A model generated the notes under the pieces. It was not told the origin of the DNA. It was given only the letters and a program-made list of their open reading frames with translations, and did not search any database. The position numbers and the translations under genes are program-made. A stretch of 64,000 nt of DNA from Macrostomum hystrix (taxonomy: Eukaryota > Animalia > Platyhelminthes). Position 1 is the stretch's first letter, and each line of letters opens with the position of its first letter. Location of the stretch: assembly GCA_950097015.1 (NCBI GenBank), contig CATNEN010000029.1:5146001-5210000 (forward strand), in the 5' to 3' direction. Below, piece by piece: positions 12,476-26,600 of this stretch.

Positions 12476-13079
12476 ATTCCAAAATGTTAGTGTCTTTTTA
12501 GCCGATCGGAACTGTTTCGTTTTTCTAACCCGTCTCAAACTTGTAGGCGTATTGCTTGTACCACTTGCACAAAATTGGTTTATAATGCATCAGAGGTGCG
12601 CTACAGTCACAGCGACAGAGAATCATTCGGGCTGCATGATTGTGTTTGATTTACCGGCTAGATAAGCCAGGCTGAAGTGCCAGGGTCGGTGCTTTTGTCT
12701 AGCCGTAAGTTAACAATATATGAATATAATTTTGCCACGCAGCCTTGGGGGAAGCAGGTGGACTGGTTTTTGTTTGCTCACGTGCGTGTCAAAACTAGGA
12801 AATCAAAAAAATGTATCAACAATGTTTTACACTATTGCGAATGTGGCATACGGTTTTGGCAGTTTATTGCTTGTTAACAAAAAATTCTTCCATATTTGGT
12901 CTAAGTCGGTCTAAGTCTTAAATCTGACTGTAAAATACAACTTTTGAGCAAATAATTGCAAGCTGAACAAGACTCTCCAGCTCGGTGAATCGTTAGAAAA
13001 TTTAGAATCGTTAATTAAAAAATCCTGACAATACTTGAAAAATAAATTAACTGGTAGAATCTTAGACTCGAAGAATAGA

Positions 13080-13720
13080 TTAACTTTTAAGAATCGGTAA
13101 CTTTTGAGAATCGTTAACTTTTGAGAATCGGTAACTTTTGAGAATCGTTAACTTTTAAGAATCGTTAACTTTAAAGAACCGTTAACTTTTGAAAATCGTT
13201 AACTTTTAAGAATCATTAAACTTGAAGAGTCTCATTAATTTTTGAGAATCGTTAACTTTTGAGAATCTTTTACTTTTCGGAATCTTTAACTTTTAAGAAT
13301 CGTTAACTTTTGAAAATCGTTAACTTTTGAGAATCGTCAAACATTGAGAAACGTTATACTTTGAGAATTGTTAACTTCTGAGAATCGTTTAACTTTAAGA
13401 ATCGTTAACTTTAAAAAATCGTTAACTTTTAAGAATCGTTAACTTTTGAGAATCGTTAACTTTTGAGAATCGTTAACTTTTGAGAATCGTTAACTTTTAA
13501 GAATCGTTAACTTTAAAGAACCGTTAACTTTTGAAAATCGTTAACTTTTAAGAATAATTAAACTTGAAGAGTCTCATTAATTTTTAAGAATCGTTAAACT
13601 TTGAAAATCGTTTACTTTTGAAAATCGTTAACTTTTGAGAATCATTAAACTTTTAAAAATCGTTAACTTTTAAGAATCGTTAGCTTATGAGAATTTTTAC
13701 CCTGAACAATCGTTAACTTA
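13080..13720. repeat. 17-bp AT-rich minisatellite
   Basis: Unit gttaacttttgagaatc with a GTTAAC palindrome. Confidence 0.92.
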
Positions 13721-14612
13721 AAAAATCGTAATATTGATCTCGTGTTATGATTATCTTGCGGAGTTATTGCTGTTCCAGATCTCCAGTCGGAACAGGTATA
13801 TCACATGTGTCCGGCAAGTAACCAGACCCATTGTTGCTATGGCTGAGGGCCGCAGAAGTGAATGTAACAAAAGCAACTGCCAATATAGGAATGCAATTTG
13901 CATTCAACAATCAGCCCCTATTCAACCATGTCACACGCGCGCGCGCACAACAGACCGTCTTTTTTAGGGATCGATTTCACAAAGTTTGCCTGCCTCTTCA
14001 TTTGCTCACCCTGAGCGCCAGTGCACGCTCTCTCTCTCAATGTTTTCACAGCCAATAAATTATTCATTAGCCTGCGCTATTCCATACACGACTGGGCATT
14101 GTTGGAAGAAAAAGGCATTGTGAAACCGACTAAGAAAGTAACTGAAATAATAGAATAGAAGTTAGTGGAGAGAGATACAGTATGAGCAGCTACAGTTGCT
14201 GCGCAGTGAACAAGTTTTTTGGGGATTCGTTGATTTTTTTTAAAGCTAGCATTTAACCGCCTCCGTGGCAGTAGCTAAAAGAAGAACTCGTTGCCTATTT
14301 CTATGGTGAATACCCTCAGGATAAGGAGAGAGAGAGTAGTATTGTGCCGTGTTATCGAGACTTGGCATGCATTTGTTTCATTGGTCCCTCCAGCTGATTG
14401 GACCAAATCGGAGCAGTCTGTCCGGCAGTTAGTTGACAGGGTTAAAATGGGAAACTCATGCATGCAGTACAGCTCACCCCTCAGTCACTGTCTTCTCACT
14501 GTCTCTCCGCATGCATGCATTGGCGAGCTTGTGACTGCAAATTCTCTGATTTATTCTCTTATAGCAACTTAATCGATACGATCTTTGGTTCAGCTCCGGC
14601 AATGACGACAGG

Positions 14613-14699
14613 ATGATCCACATTTGGCAGCGACAGGCGCGGTTGTCAGTGCCTACCGTTGGACTGATTATTCTGCTGTATCTAACGACCGACAGTCAG
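14613..14699 (+). CDS. Delta: Delta exon 1 (signal peptide MIHIWQRQARLSVPTVGLIILLYLTTDSQ)
   Basis: Hydrophobic core; phase-0 donor CAG|GTGCGT fits the phase-0 exon 2. Confidence 0.7.
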
Positions 14700-17600
14700 G
14701 TGCGTCGCAAGCGGAACAGACACTGTAGGCAGAGAGAAAAACAGAACATCAGAAGGATGAACAGACACTGTTGGCAGAGAGAAACATAGAACATCAGAAG
14801 GATGAACAGACACTGTTGGCAGAGAGAAACATAGAACATCAGAAGGATGAACAGACACTGTTGGCAGAGAGAAACATAGAACATCAGAAGGATGAACAGA
14901 CACTGTAGGCAGGGAGACAGACAGAACATCAGAAGGATGTACAGAAACTGTAGGCAGACAGACAGACAGAACATCAGAAGGATGGACAGCCACTGCAGGC
15001 AGAGAGACAGACAGAACATGAGAAGCATGTACAGACACTGTAGGCAGACAGAAACACAGAACATGAGAAGCATGTACAGACACTGTAGGCAGACAGAAAC
15101 ACAGAACATGAGAAGCATGTACAGACACTGTAGGCAGACAGAAACACAGAACATCAGAAGGATGAACAGACACTGTTGGCAGAGAGAAACATAGAACATC
15201 AGAAGGATGTACAGACACTGTAGGCAGGGAGACAGACAGAACATCAGAAGGATGTACAGACACTGTAGGCAGACAGACAGACAGAACATCAGAAGGATGG
15301 ACAGCCACTGCAGGCAGAGAGACAGACAGAACATGAGAAGCATGTACAGACACTGTAGGCAGACAGAAACACAGAACATGAGAAGCATGTACAGACACTG
15401 TAGGCAGACAGAAACACAGAACATCAGAAGGATGGACAGACACTGTAGGCAGACAGAAACACAGAATATCAGAAGCATGTACAGACACTGCAGGCAGACA
15501 GAAACACAGAACATGAGAAGCATGTACAGACACTGTAGGCAGACAGAAACACAGAACATCAGAAGGATGGACAGACACTGTAGGCAGACAGAAACACAGA
15601 ACATGAGAAGCATGTACAGACACTGTAGGCAGACAGAAACACAGAACATCAGAAGGATGGACAGACACTGTAGGCAGACAGAAACACAGAACATCAGAAG
15701 GATGGACAGACACTGCAGGCAGAGAGACAGACAGAACATCAGAAGGATGAACAGACACTGTTGGCAGACAGAAACACAGAACATCAGAAGGATGGACAGA
15801 CACTGTAGGCAGACAGAAACACAGAACATGAGAAGCATGTACAGACACTGTAGGCAGACAGAAACACAGAACATGAGAAGCATGTACAGACACTGTAGGC
15901 AGACAGAAACACAGAACATGAGAAGCATGTACAGACACTGTAGACAGACAGAAACACAGAACATCAGAAGCATGTACAGACACTGTAGACAGACAGAAAC
16001 ACAGAACATCAGAAGGATGTACAGACACTGTAGGCAGGGAGACAGACAGAACATAAAAAGGATTTACAGACACTGTAGGCAGGAAGACAGACAGAACATC
16101 AGAAGGATGGGCAGCCACTGTAGGCAGACAGACAGACAGACAGACATTGCAGCACAAGTAACACCCAATCAACTCATGCGAAACCTTGTAAACACAGTAA
16201 GATTGTTTTCTATTTAATTTAAGCGCAAGGCAATAAAATGATCTGTCGCAGGCCGGATATTAGCTATGCTATGACATTAGCTATGCCGCCAACAGCATTT
16301 GTCCCTTTGTCTTTGTTAATTTACCTCAACTGTCAGATGCTTTGATTGTGATAAGCCCAACCAATATTCCCACAGGGATCTTTACATGACAACCTCCCAG
16401 TCCAATCTTTCGCATCCCTCATTAGAGCTTGAGACCGACCTTGTGAGTCTAGCGTTTCAAATCCCCATTTTCCAAAATCAGAGTATCGTGCAGCCAGAGA
16501 GGGAAGTCAGTGAAGTCGCGGGTTCAGGTGGAGGTTGAGCGCTGCTCATTCTTTGAGCTGCTCAAACCAGACACGCCCGGCAGCCTCTTGGAGACGCTTT
16601 CAGCTCAACTCTGCCTGCTCAAACTCCCCTGCCTGTCTATTGCCCTGTCTCTCCCCCCAGACCGCTCTTATCAACGGTGAATTGAGCAGTGCTCACGCGT
16701 TAGACACTTTGCCTCCCTACTTTATATAATCATCCCTTTCTATACTCTAGTCATCTTCTCAGCCTCAGACTCAAGCTCAAGCGGTTCCAGGTGGAATTAG
16801 GATAGAAAAGGATACACATGAGTACTCTGAGTATGAGCAAGGTACGTATTGCGCAGGTTCTGATGATTAATTCAAATTATTTTCTTAGCCCCAATAGAAA
16901 TTTTAGATACTAAATTCATTGACAGTAATATGTTGACTTTGACAGTTAACTTTATTTTATCATGAAATAGACGGGCGTATAATTATTACCTGACACCCGA
17001 ACACACCTGACACCCGAAGACACCTGACACCCGAACACACCTGACACCCGAACACACCTGAAACCCGAAGACACCTGAAACCCGAACACACCTGACACCC
17101 GAACACACCTGAAACCCGAAGACACCTGACACCCGAACACACCTGACACCCGAAGACACCTGAAACCCGAACACACCTGAAACCCGAAGACACCTGACAC
17201 CCGAACACACCTGACACCCGAAGACACCTGACACCCGAACACACCTGACACCCGAAGACACCTGAAACCCGAAGACACCTGAAACCCGAACACACCTGAA
17301 ACCCGAACACACCTGACACCCGAACACACCTGACACCCGAACACACCTGAAACCCGAACACACCTGAAACCCGAAGACACCTGAAACCCGAACACACCTG
17401 AAACCCGAACACACCTGACACCCGAACACACCTGACACCCGAACACACCTGAAACCCGAAGACACCTGAAACCCGAACACACCTGAAACCCGAACACACC
17501 TGAAACCCGAACACACCTGACACCCGAACACACCTGAAACCCGAAGACACCTGAAACCCGAACACACCTGAAACCCGAACACACCTGAAACCCGAACACA

Positions 17601-20600
17601 CCTGACACCCGAACACACCTGAAACCCGAACACACCTGAAACCCGAACACACCTGAAACCCGAAAACACCTGAAACCCGAACACACCTGAAACCCGAACA
17701 CACCTGACACCCGAACACACCTGAAACCCGAACACACCTGAAACCCGAACACACCTGACACCCGAACACACCTGACACCCGAACACACCTGAAACCCGAA
17801 GACACCTGACACCCGAACACACCTGAAACCCGAAGACACCTGAAACCCGAACACACCTGACACCCGAACACACCTGAAACCCGAAGACACCTGAAACCCG
17901 AACACACCTGACACCCGAATCTTCAGGCCGGCAGCAACCTAGAATTCCAGCTGAGCCTGCGAGGCTTCAGCAATCCGGCTGGCCAATTAGCCGACGGTCG
18001 CTGCTGCTCGCCCACCGGCTCTTGTCCCGGCGACTGCCGAACATTCGTCCGAGTCTGCGTCACAGTCAGGCGTGACATTCTCGTCAGCGGCGGCGGTGGC
18101 GGCGGCGGCGGCGGCGTCACAGGCGGTTTCCCGGGGCCTCGAGATGCTTGCATAATAGTGGATCACCTAACCGGAGTTCTCGGAGGAAACAATCTGACCC
18201 GGCCTCTGCAAGACCTTCGCGTCGATCCGAAGGCGTGGGTGGTGAGTCAGCAAATTTAAATTGAAACTGCATTTACTATTCACTGGCGTAGGTGGAAAAA
18301 AACTAAAAATAGAAGATTTCCTGATAATTGCCCATCCTTTTTTACGCATTTTCTAAAATCCGGAAACGCGACGTATTCTTACTTTTTTACGATTTTTTTC
18401 GCGATAATAGCTTTTCTGTGCCAGAAAATAGAATTTTTATTCCTACATTATTCTCTCCGTCAATCTCGTGACGACTAAATCCAAATTTGACAATAGGGAC
18501 ATGAGAAAAATTAGATTACCAATCCTCTTTACTTATTCTAACTACGACTATAATTTTCTACTTTTCTTTTGTTCTCCTAAAATCTATATTTGTATAGTTC
18601 TGTTTCTGCTTTGTGCCCATACAAAGCCGAACGATGACTAAATACACATAGCTGCCTTGTTAATCTACCGTATATACTGACTATTGTATTGATATTTATT
18701 AGGCGCCGAAAGTTGAGAAGCACGGAATAGGAGCCTAGTAAGGTCGAGTTTCACTAGCTCTAACAGTGTCAGACTAACACCGCCTCCTCAAACTGTAGGC
18801 TGATCGCGCATTCGCAGTGGTATTCGACCTGCTGCACCTGCCCCAACCGCATCACGTGACCAACAGGACCCTGGGTGAGTGCGGCTTGAAAACACAAAAC
18901 TTTCACTCTTCTGGTCTGCCTCCTTACGCGCATCTGCTCGGTCTAAACCTTTTTTTGTCTTTCCGTGTCTCATTAGAGAGAAAGAAGCTGATATGAGATT
19001 AAATAATGGGGATTGGAGAAGAGACAGGAGGGATAGAGAAGAGAGAATAGAGAATAGATAAGAGAGAATAGAGAATAGATAAGAGAGAATAGAGAATAGA
19101 TAAGAGAGAATAGAGAATAGATAAGAGAGAATAGAGAATAGATAAGAGAGAATAGAGAATAGATAAGAGAGAATAGAGAATAGATAAGAGAGAATAGAGA
19201 CTAGATAAGATAGAATAGAGAATAGATAAGAGAGAATAGAGAATAGATAAGAGAGAATAGAGACTAGATAAGATAGAATAGAGAATAGATAAGAGAGAAT
19301 AGAGAATAGGTAAGAGAGAATAGAGAATAGAGAATAGAGAATAGGTAAGAGAGAATAGAGAATAGAGAATAGAGAATAGGTAAGAGAGAATAGAGAATAT
19401 AGAATAGATGAGAGAGAATAGAGAATAGAAAATAGATGAGAGAGAATAGAGAATAGAGAATAGATGAGAGAGAATAGATGAGAGAGAATAGAGAATAGAG
19501 ACTAGATAAGAGAGAATAGAGAATAGATGAGAGAGAATAGAGAATAGATAAGAGAGAAGAGATAAGCGGAAATTGAGACTAGAACAGAGATAGGAGGGAA
19601 GATAAGAGATGGGAGGGGATAGAAGAGGAGACGAGAGAATTGGTGGAAGAGTAGTTAAAAATATATATTTTTTCCCGTTTCTCATTTTTTATTTTTTCCA
19701 TAATCCCTACTACATTGTCTGTAATTCCTGATCTCTTAACCTTTGTCAGTCGTCATATGATTCCCCATATGAAAGCGGCATAAGGATTCAGTTTTAACTA
19801 GCTCGTAGCTTCTTATTTCCGCAAATGTCGCTTATTTCTGCAAGGAAACCTGCCTTTATTTTTCTGATTGAGACAGCTATAGGCGTCACAAAGCAATAAT
19901 ACTCGTACTAGGCAGGGAATATGCTATCCAATAGATGGATAGAGAATTGATGGAAATTTCTAGATAGAGAATTGATAGAAATAGATGGATAGAGAATTGA
20001 TAGAAATAGATGCATAGAGAATTGATGGAAATTTCTAGATAGAGAATTGATAGAAATAGATGGATAGAGAATTGATGGAAATTTCTAGATAGAGAATTGA
20101 TAGAAATAGATGGATAGAGAATTGATAGAAATAGATGGATAGAGAATTGATAGAAATAGATGGATAGAGAATTGATAGAAATAGATGGATAGAGAATTAA
20201 TATAAATAGATGGATAGAGAATTGATAGAAATAGATGGATAGAGAATTGATATAAATAGATGGATAGAGAATTGATATAAATAGATGGATAGAGAATTAA
20301 TAGAAATAGATGGTTAGAGAATTGATAGAAATAGATGGATAGAGAATTAATAGAAATAGATGGAAAGAGAATTGATAGAAATAGATGGATAGAGAATTGA
20401 TAGAAATAGATGGATAGAGAATTGATAGAAATAGATGGATAGAGAATTGATAGAAATAGATGGATAGAGAATTGATAGAAATAGATAGATAGAGAATTGA
20501 TAGAAATAGATGAGAAAGAGAATTGATAGAAATAGATGGATAGAGAATTGATAGAAATAGATGGATAGAGAATTGATAGAAATAGATGGATAGAGAATTT

Positions 20601-23600
20601 GATAGAAATAGATTGATAGAGAATTGATAGAAATAGATGGGTAGAGAATTGATAGAAATAGATGGATAGAGAATTGATAGAAATAGATGGATAGAGAATT
20701 GATAGAAATAGATTGATAGAGAATTGATAGAAATAGATAGATAGAGAATTTGATAGAAATAGATGGATAGAGAATTGATAGAAATAGATTAATAGAGAAT
20801 TGATAGAAATATATGGATAGAGAATTTGATATAAATAGATGGATAGAGAATTGATAGAAATAGATTGATAGAGAATTGATAGAAATATATGGATAGAGAA
20901 TTGATAGAAATAGATGGATAGAGAATTGATAGAAATAGATTGATAGAGAATTGATAGAAATAGATGGATAGAGAATATGATAGAAATAGATGGATAGAGA
21001 ATTGATAGAAATAGATTGACAGAGAATTGATAGAAATAGATGGATAGAGAATTGATAGAAATAGATGGATAGAGAATTGATAGAAATAGATGGGTAGAGA
21101 ATTGATAGAAATAGATGGATAGAGAATTGATATAAATAGATGGATAGAGAATTGATAGAAATATATGGAAAGAGAATTGATAGAAATAGATGGATAGAGA
21201 ATTGATAGAAATAGATGGATAGAGAATTGATAGAAATAGATGGATAGAGAATTGATAGAAATAGATGGATAGAGAATTGATAGAAATAGATGGGTAGAGA
21301 ATTGATAGAAATAGATGGATAGAGAATTGATAGAAATAGATGGATAGAGAATTGATAGAAATAGATTGATAGAGAATTGATAGAAATAGATAGATAGAGA
21401 ATTTGATAGAAATAGATGGATAGAGAATTGATAGAAATAGATTAATAGATAATTGATAGAAATAGATGGATAGAGAATTGATAGAAATAGATGAGAAAGA
21501 GAATTGATAGAAATAGATGGATAGAGAATTGATAGAAATAGATGGATAGAGAATTGATAGAAATAGATGGATAGAGAATTGATATAAATAGATGGGTAGA
21601 GAATTGATAGAAATAGATGGATAGAGAATTGAAAGAAATAGATGGATAGAGAATTGATAGAAATAGATGGATAGAGAATTGATATAAATAGATGGATAGA
21701 GAATTGATAGAAATAGATTGATAGAGAATTGATAGAAATAGATGGATAGAGAATTGATAGAAATAGATGGATAGAGAATTGATAGAAATAGATTGATAGA
21801 GAATTGATAGAAATAGATAGATAGAGAATTTGATAGAAATAGATGGATAGAGAATTGATAGAAATAGATTAATAGATAATTGATAGAAATATATTGATAG
21901 AGAATTGATAGAAATAGATGGATAGAGAATTTGATAGAAATAGATTGATAGAGAATTGATAGAAATAGATGGATAGAGAATTTGATAATAATAGATGGAT
22001 AGAGAATTGATAGAAATAGATGGATAGAGAATTGATATAAATAGATGGATAGAGAATTTGATATAAATAGATGGATAGAGAATTGATAGAAATAGATGCA
22101 TAGAGAATTGATAGAAATAGATGGATAGAGAATTGATAGAAATAGATGGATAGAGAATTTGATATAAATAGATGGATAGAGAATTGATAGAAATAGATGG
22201 ATAGAGAATTCATAGAAATAGATGGATAGAGAATTGATAGAAATAGATGGATAGAGAATTGATAGAAATAGATGGATAGAGAATTTGATATAAATATATG
22301 GATAGAGAATTGATAGAAATAGATGGATAGAGAATTGATAGAAATAGATGGATAGAGAATTGATAGAAATAGATGGATAGAGAATTGATAGAAATAGATG
22401 GATAGAGAATTGATAGAAATAGATGGATAGAGAATTGATAGAAATAGATGGATAGAGAATTTGATAGAAATAGATGGATAGAGAATTCATAGAAATAGAT
22501 GGATAGAGAATTGATAGAAATAGATGGATAGAGAATTGATAGAAATAGATGGATAGAGAATTTGATAGAAATAGATGGATAGAGAATTGATAGAAATAGA
22601 TGGATAGAGAATTTGATATAAATAGATGGATAGAGAATTGATAGAAATAGATGGATAGAGAATTGATAGAAATAGATGGATAGAGAATTGATAGAAATAG
22701 ATGGATAGAGAATTGATAGAAATAGATGGATAGAGAATTGATAGAAATAGATGGATAGAGAATTGATAGAAATAGATGGATAGAGAATTGATAGAAATAG
22801 ATGGATAGAGAATTGATAGAAATAGATGGATAGAGAATTGATAGAAATAGATGGATAGAGAATTGATAGAAATAGATTGATAGAGAATTGATAGAAATAG
22901 ATGGATAGAGAATTGATAGAATAGATTGATAGAGAATTGATAGAAATAGATGGATAGAGAATTGATAGAATAGATTGATAGAGAATTGATAGAATAGATG
23001 GATAGAGAATTGATAGAATAGATTGATAGAGAATTGATAGAATAGATTGATAGAGAATTGATAGAAATTATCTATCAGATCTACAAAAATGTTTTTTTCG
23101 GCCATTGTTTCTCAGTTTCTCGGCTCATGGCCCGGTACATACGCACACCCTTAACCTCAAACGCCTGTCAATTACTGTCAATCAACTTGCATACATTTAG
23201 AAAGCAGGTAAGAACCAGTTGTTTAAATTTCATGAATATCTGAGAAGAGGGCCAATCAATTGATCAATATTTCTTCTTCTGGACAGTGAGTTAAGTCACC
23301 ACCTAAGACTATGACAGAAGAACTACTGAGGAGTTAATGCTATGCGATAAAAACATTTTCAAGTCATTTCTCTTTTCCTGAAGATAAGTTTTCGCTCTCA
23401 AAGATCTCGTCATCTCAAAAGCATCCCTAATTCTCACAATGATCCCTAATTCTCACAATGATCCCTAATCTCACAACCATCCCTAATCTGACAATGATCC
23501 CTAATCTCACAATGATCCCTAATCTGACAATGATCCCTAATCTCACAACCATCCCTAATCTGACAATGATCCCTAATCTCACAACCATCCCTAATCTGAC

Positions 23601-26600
23601 AATGATCCCTAATCTCACAACCATCCCTAATCTGACAATGATCCCTAATCTCACAAGGATCCATAATTTCACAAGGATCCCTGATTTCACAATGATCCTT
23701 AATTTCACAATGATCCCTAATCTCACAATGATCCCTAATCTGACAATGATCCCTAATCTGACAATGATCCCTAATCTGACAATGATCCCTAATCTCACAA
23801 TGATCCCTAATCTGACAATGATCCCTAATTTCACAAGGATCCCTAATTTCACAAGGATCCTTAATTTCACAAGGATCCCTAATCTCGCAATGATCCCTAA
23901 TCTCAAAGTTATCCCTCATCTCACAATGATCCCTCATCTCACAATCATCCCTAATCTCCTAATGATTATATAACCCCTGTATATTGAATTTATCCCACAA
24001 TAACTAGACGCTAATCCCAATCCTTGAATCCCACAGGCCTGCTTATCTCTCGCCGAGTGGTTAGGGAAGAAAATTACCTGCCCACCGGAAACTGGACTGT
24101 ACACAGCAGAGCTATCGGTGGCATTGGCCTGGAATTCGGCTACCGGTTCCGCTGCCGCCTCGGATTCTATGGCCACAGCTGTCAGAAGCAGTGCATGCCG
24201 CGAGATGACTTACTGGGACACTACTCATGCTCAGCAGCTGGGGAGATGCGCTGCCTGCCCGGCTACTCCGGTGACCGATGCACAACACGTAAGGGAAGAG
24301 AGCTCTAGAGATAGGGAAGAGAGCTCTAGTGATAGGGCAGAGAGATCTAGAGATAGGGAAGAGAGCTCTAGAGATAGGGAAGAGAGCTCTAGTGATAGGG
24401 CAGAGAGATCTAGAGATAGGGAAGAGAGCTCTAGTGATAGGGCAGAGAGATCTAGTGATAGGGAAGTGAGATCTAGTGATAGGGAAGTGAGATCTAGTTA
24501 TAGGGAAGAGAGATCTAGTGATAGTAGGGACAAATGTAGACGAAGGAGAGATCTAAAGATCTTAAATAGGCGAAAAAGAGAGAGAGAAGATATATCAAGG
24601 AGGAAGAGGATGTATCTAGAGAAGATTCGCTTGTAGATGACAAGTAAATAATAGCTCGTATTTAATGTAGTTTTACTGCCTCTGCCCCGCAGCCACTTGC
24701 CAGCCAGCTTGCGTTCAGGGCACGTGCACTGGACCAAATCGCTGCAGGTGAGTTTTTTAGGGATTTCCCATAGATATTCTCCCAGATCTCATTGGGATTT
24801 TCTGAAAGATCTTCCTCAAGATTTCGTTAGATCCCCCTTCCACCTGAGATTTCCAATAGAAAAATTCTAGGAGTTTTCCGAGATCCAATTTAACCTTTCC
24901 CGTCAAACTGTGTAAAACATTTTCCAAGATCCCATTCCACAAGTGACTTCCCAACGATTATCTCCCCGACTTTGCAAAACCAATCCCAATTTTCCCATTG
25001 GGATTTGCCATAGACATTTCACGAGATCCCATTCTATCTATTGTTTCGGACAGATAGTCACCTATTTCTCCTAAAATTGCATGGATCCCATTTAAAAATT
25101 ACGAGCTGTAATCCCATAATCCCATTCCTGGAAAGAGGATGCTCCGAATAATTATTGTTCAAACCGCAGCTGTTTCACTGGCTGGCGCGGCGCCAACTGC
25201 TCAGCTTGCATCCCGATGCCGCAGTGCTCAAGTCGCGGCTACTGCAACAAACCGTTGGAGTGCCTCTGCCCGCCCGGATACGGCGGCCTATTCTGCGATA
25301 TTGGTCAGTCCTTCGACTTGGCTTTTCATTGCGAGTAAAAGGGGAAAACAGACCGCTTTGTGTCTGCGTTTGTGCAAACTTCAGTCGCTGAGAATAGGGG
25401 AAAAAGCAACTGCTCAAAGGATAGGCAAAAAACGGCAGAAAATGAGACGACCAAATGAGTGAAAGGGAAAATGAGGACAGACAAGAAATCCCTAGGCGGA
25501 GGGCAGGGCGCCGGGACAGACGGGTTGAGGTGGGCAAATCGTCTCTGATTTCTTCCCGTTCAATCCTCATTCTCATCTGCCTCTCTCCATCTCTCTACTC
25601 GGGGGTGGGGGGGGCATCGATTGACGCCCGCCTCCGAAATTTTACAAAGGCTCAAAATCCTTTATCTTTCTCACCTGTCTGTCGCTTGTACTTTTCATCC
25701 TAAGATGAGATTGACTCTTTGGGACTTGTAGACTAGAGCCGGGTGTGTAATGCGATATCAGGCTAGTCTTCCAACTAATGAGGTGTACTCGCACAATCAC
25801 ACAATCACACAATCAGACAATCACACACAGATGACCACAATCGCACACAGATGACTACAATCGCACACAGATGACTACAATCACACACAGATGACCACAA
25901 TCACACACAGATGACCACAATCACACACAGACGACCACAATCACACACAGATGACCACAATCACACACAGATGACTACAATCGCACACAGATGACTACAA
26001 TCGCACACAGATGAGAACAATCACACACACAGATGACCACAATCACACACAGATGACCACAATCACACACACAGATGACCACAATCACACACAGATGACC
26101 ACAATCACACACAGATGACCACAATCACACACAGATGACCACAATCACACACAGACGACCACAATCACACACAGACGACCACAATCACACACAGATGACC
26201 ACAATCACACACAGATGACCACAATCACACACAATCCTTTATCTTTCTCACCTGTCTGTCGCTTGTACTTTTCATCCTAAGATGAGATTGACTCTTTGGG
26301 ACTTGTAGACTAGAGCCGGGTCTGTAATGCGATATCTGGCTAGTCTTCCAACTAATGAGGTGTACATCATTTGCTACTCTTGATCCCCTCATTCAATAGA
26401 TCTGCGCTGGTGTCAACACAATCCGAATCCCTGCTTGCATGGCGGCCAGTGCAAGAATCTGGACAGGCAGGGCTACAATTACACCTGCCAGTGCCGGCCG
26501 GGCTATACCGGCTTTCACTGCGAGAGACAGCTCACCAACTGCAGCGAGCCTTGGGGCTCCTGCCTCAATGGCGGCCTCTGCCTGACGGTGAGGCTGGGTT

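Noticed and set aside
14682-17914. 300-500-aa Cys-rich ORFs on both strands
   Set aside because: Products of the 45-bp and 17-bp intronic arrays; periodic, with no unique domain.
20085-23105. 1006-aa minus-strand ORF
   Set aside because: Translation of the 25-bp satellite; periodic, low complexity, inside Delta intron 3.
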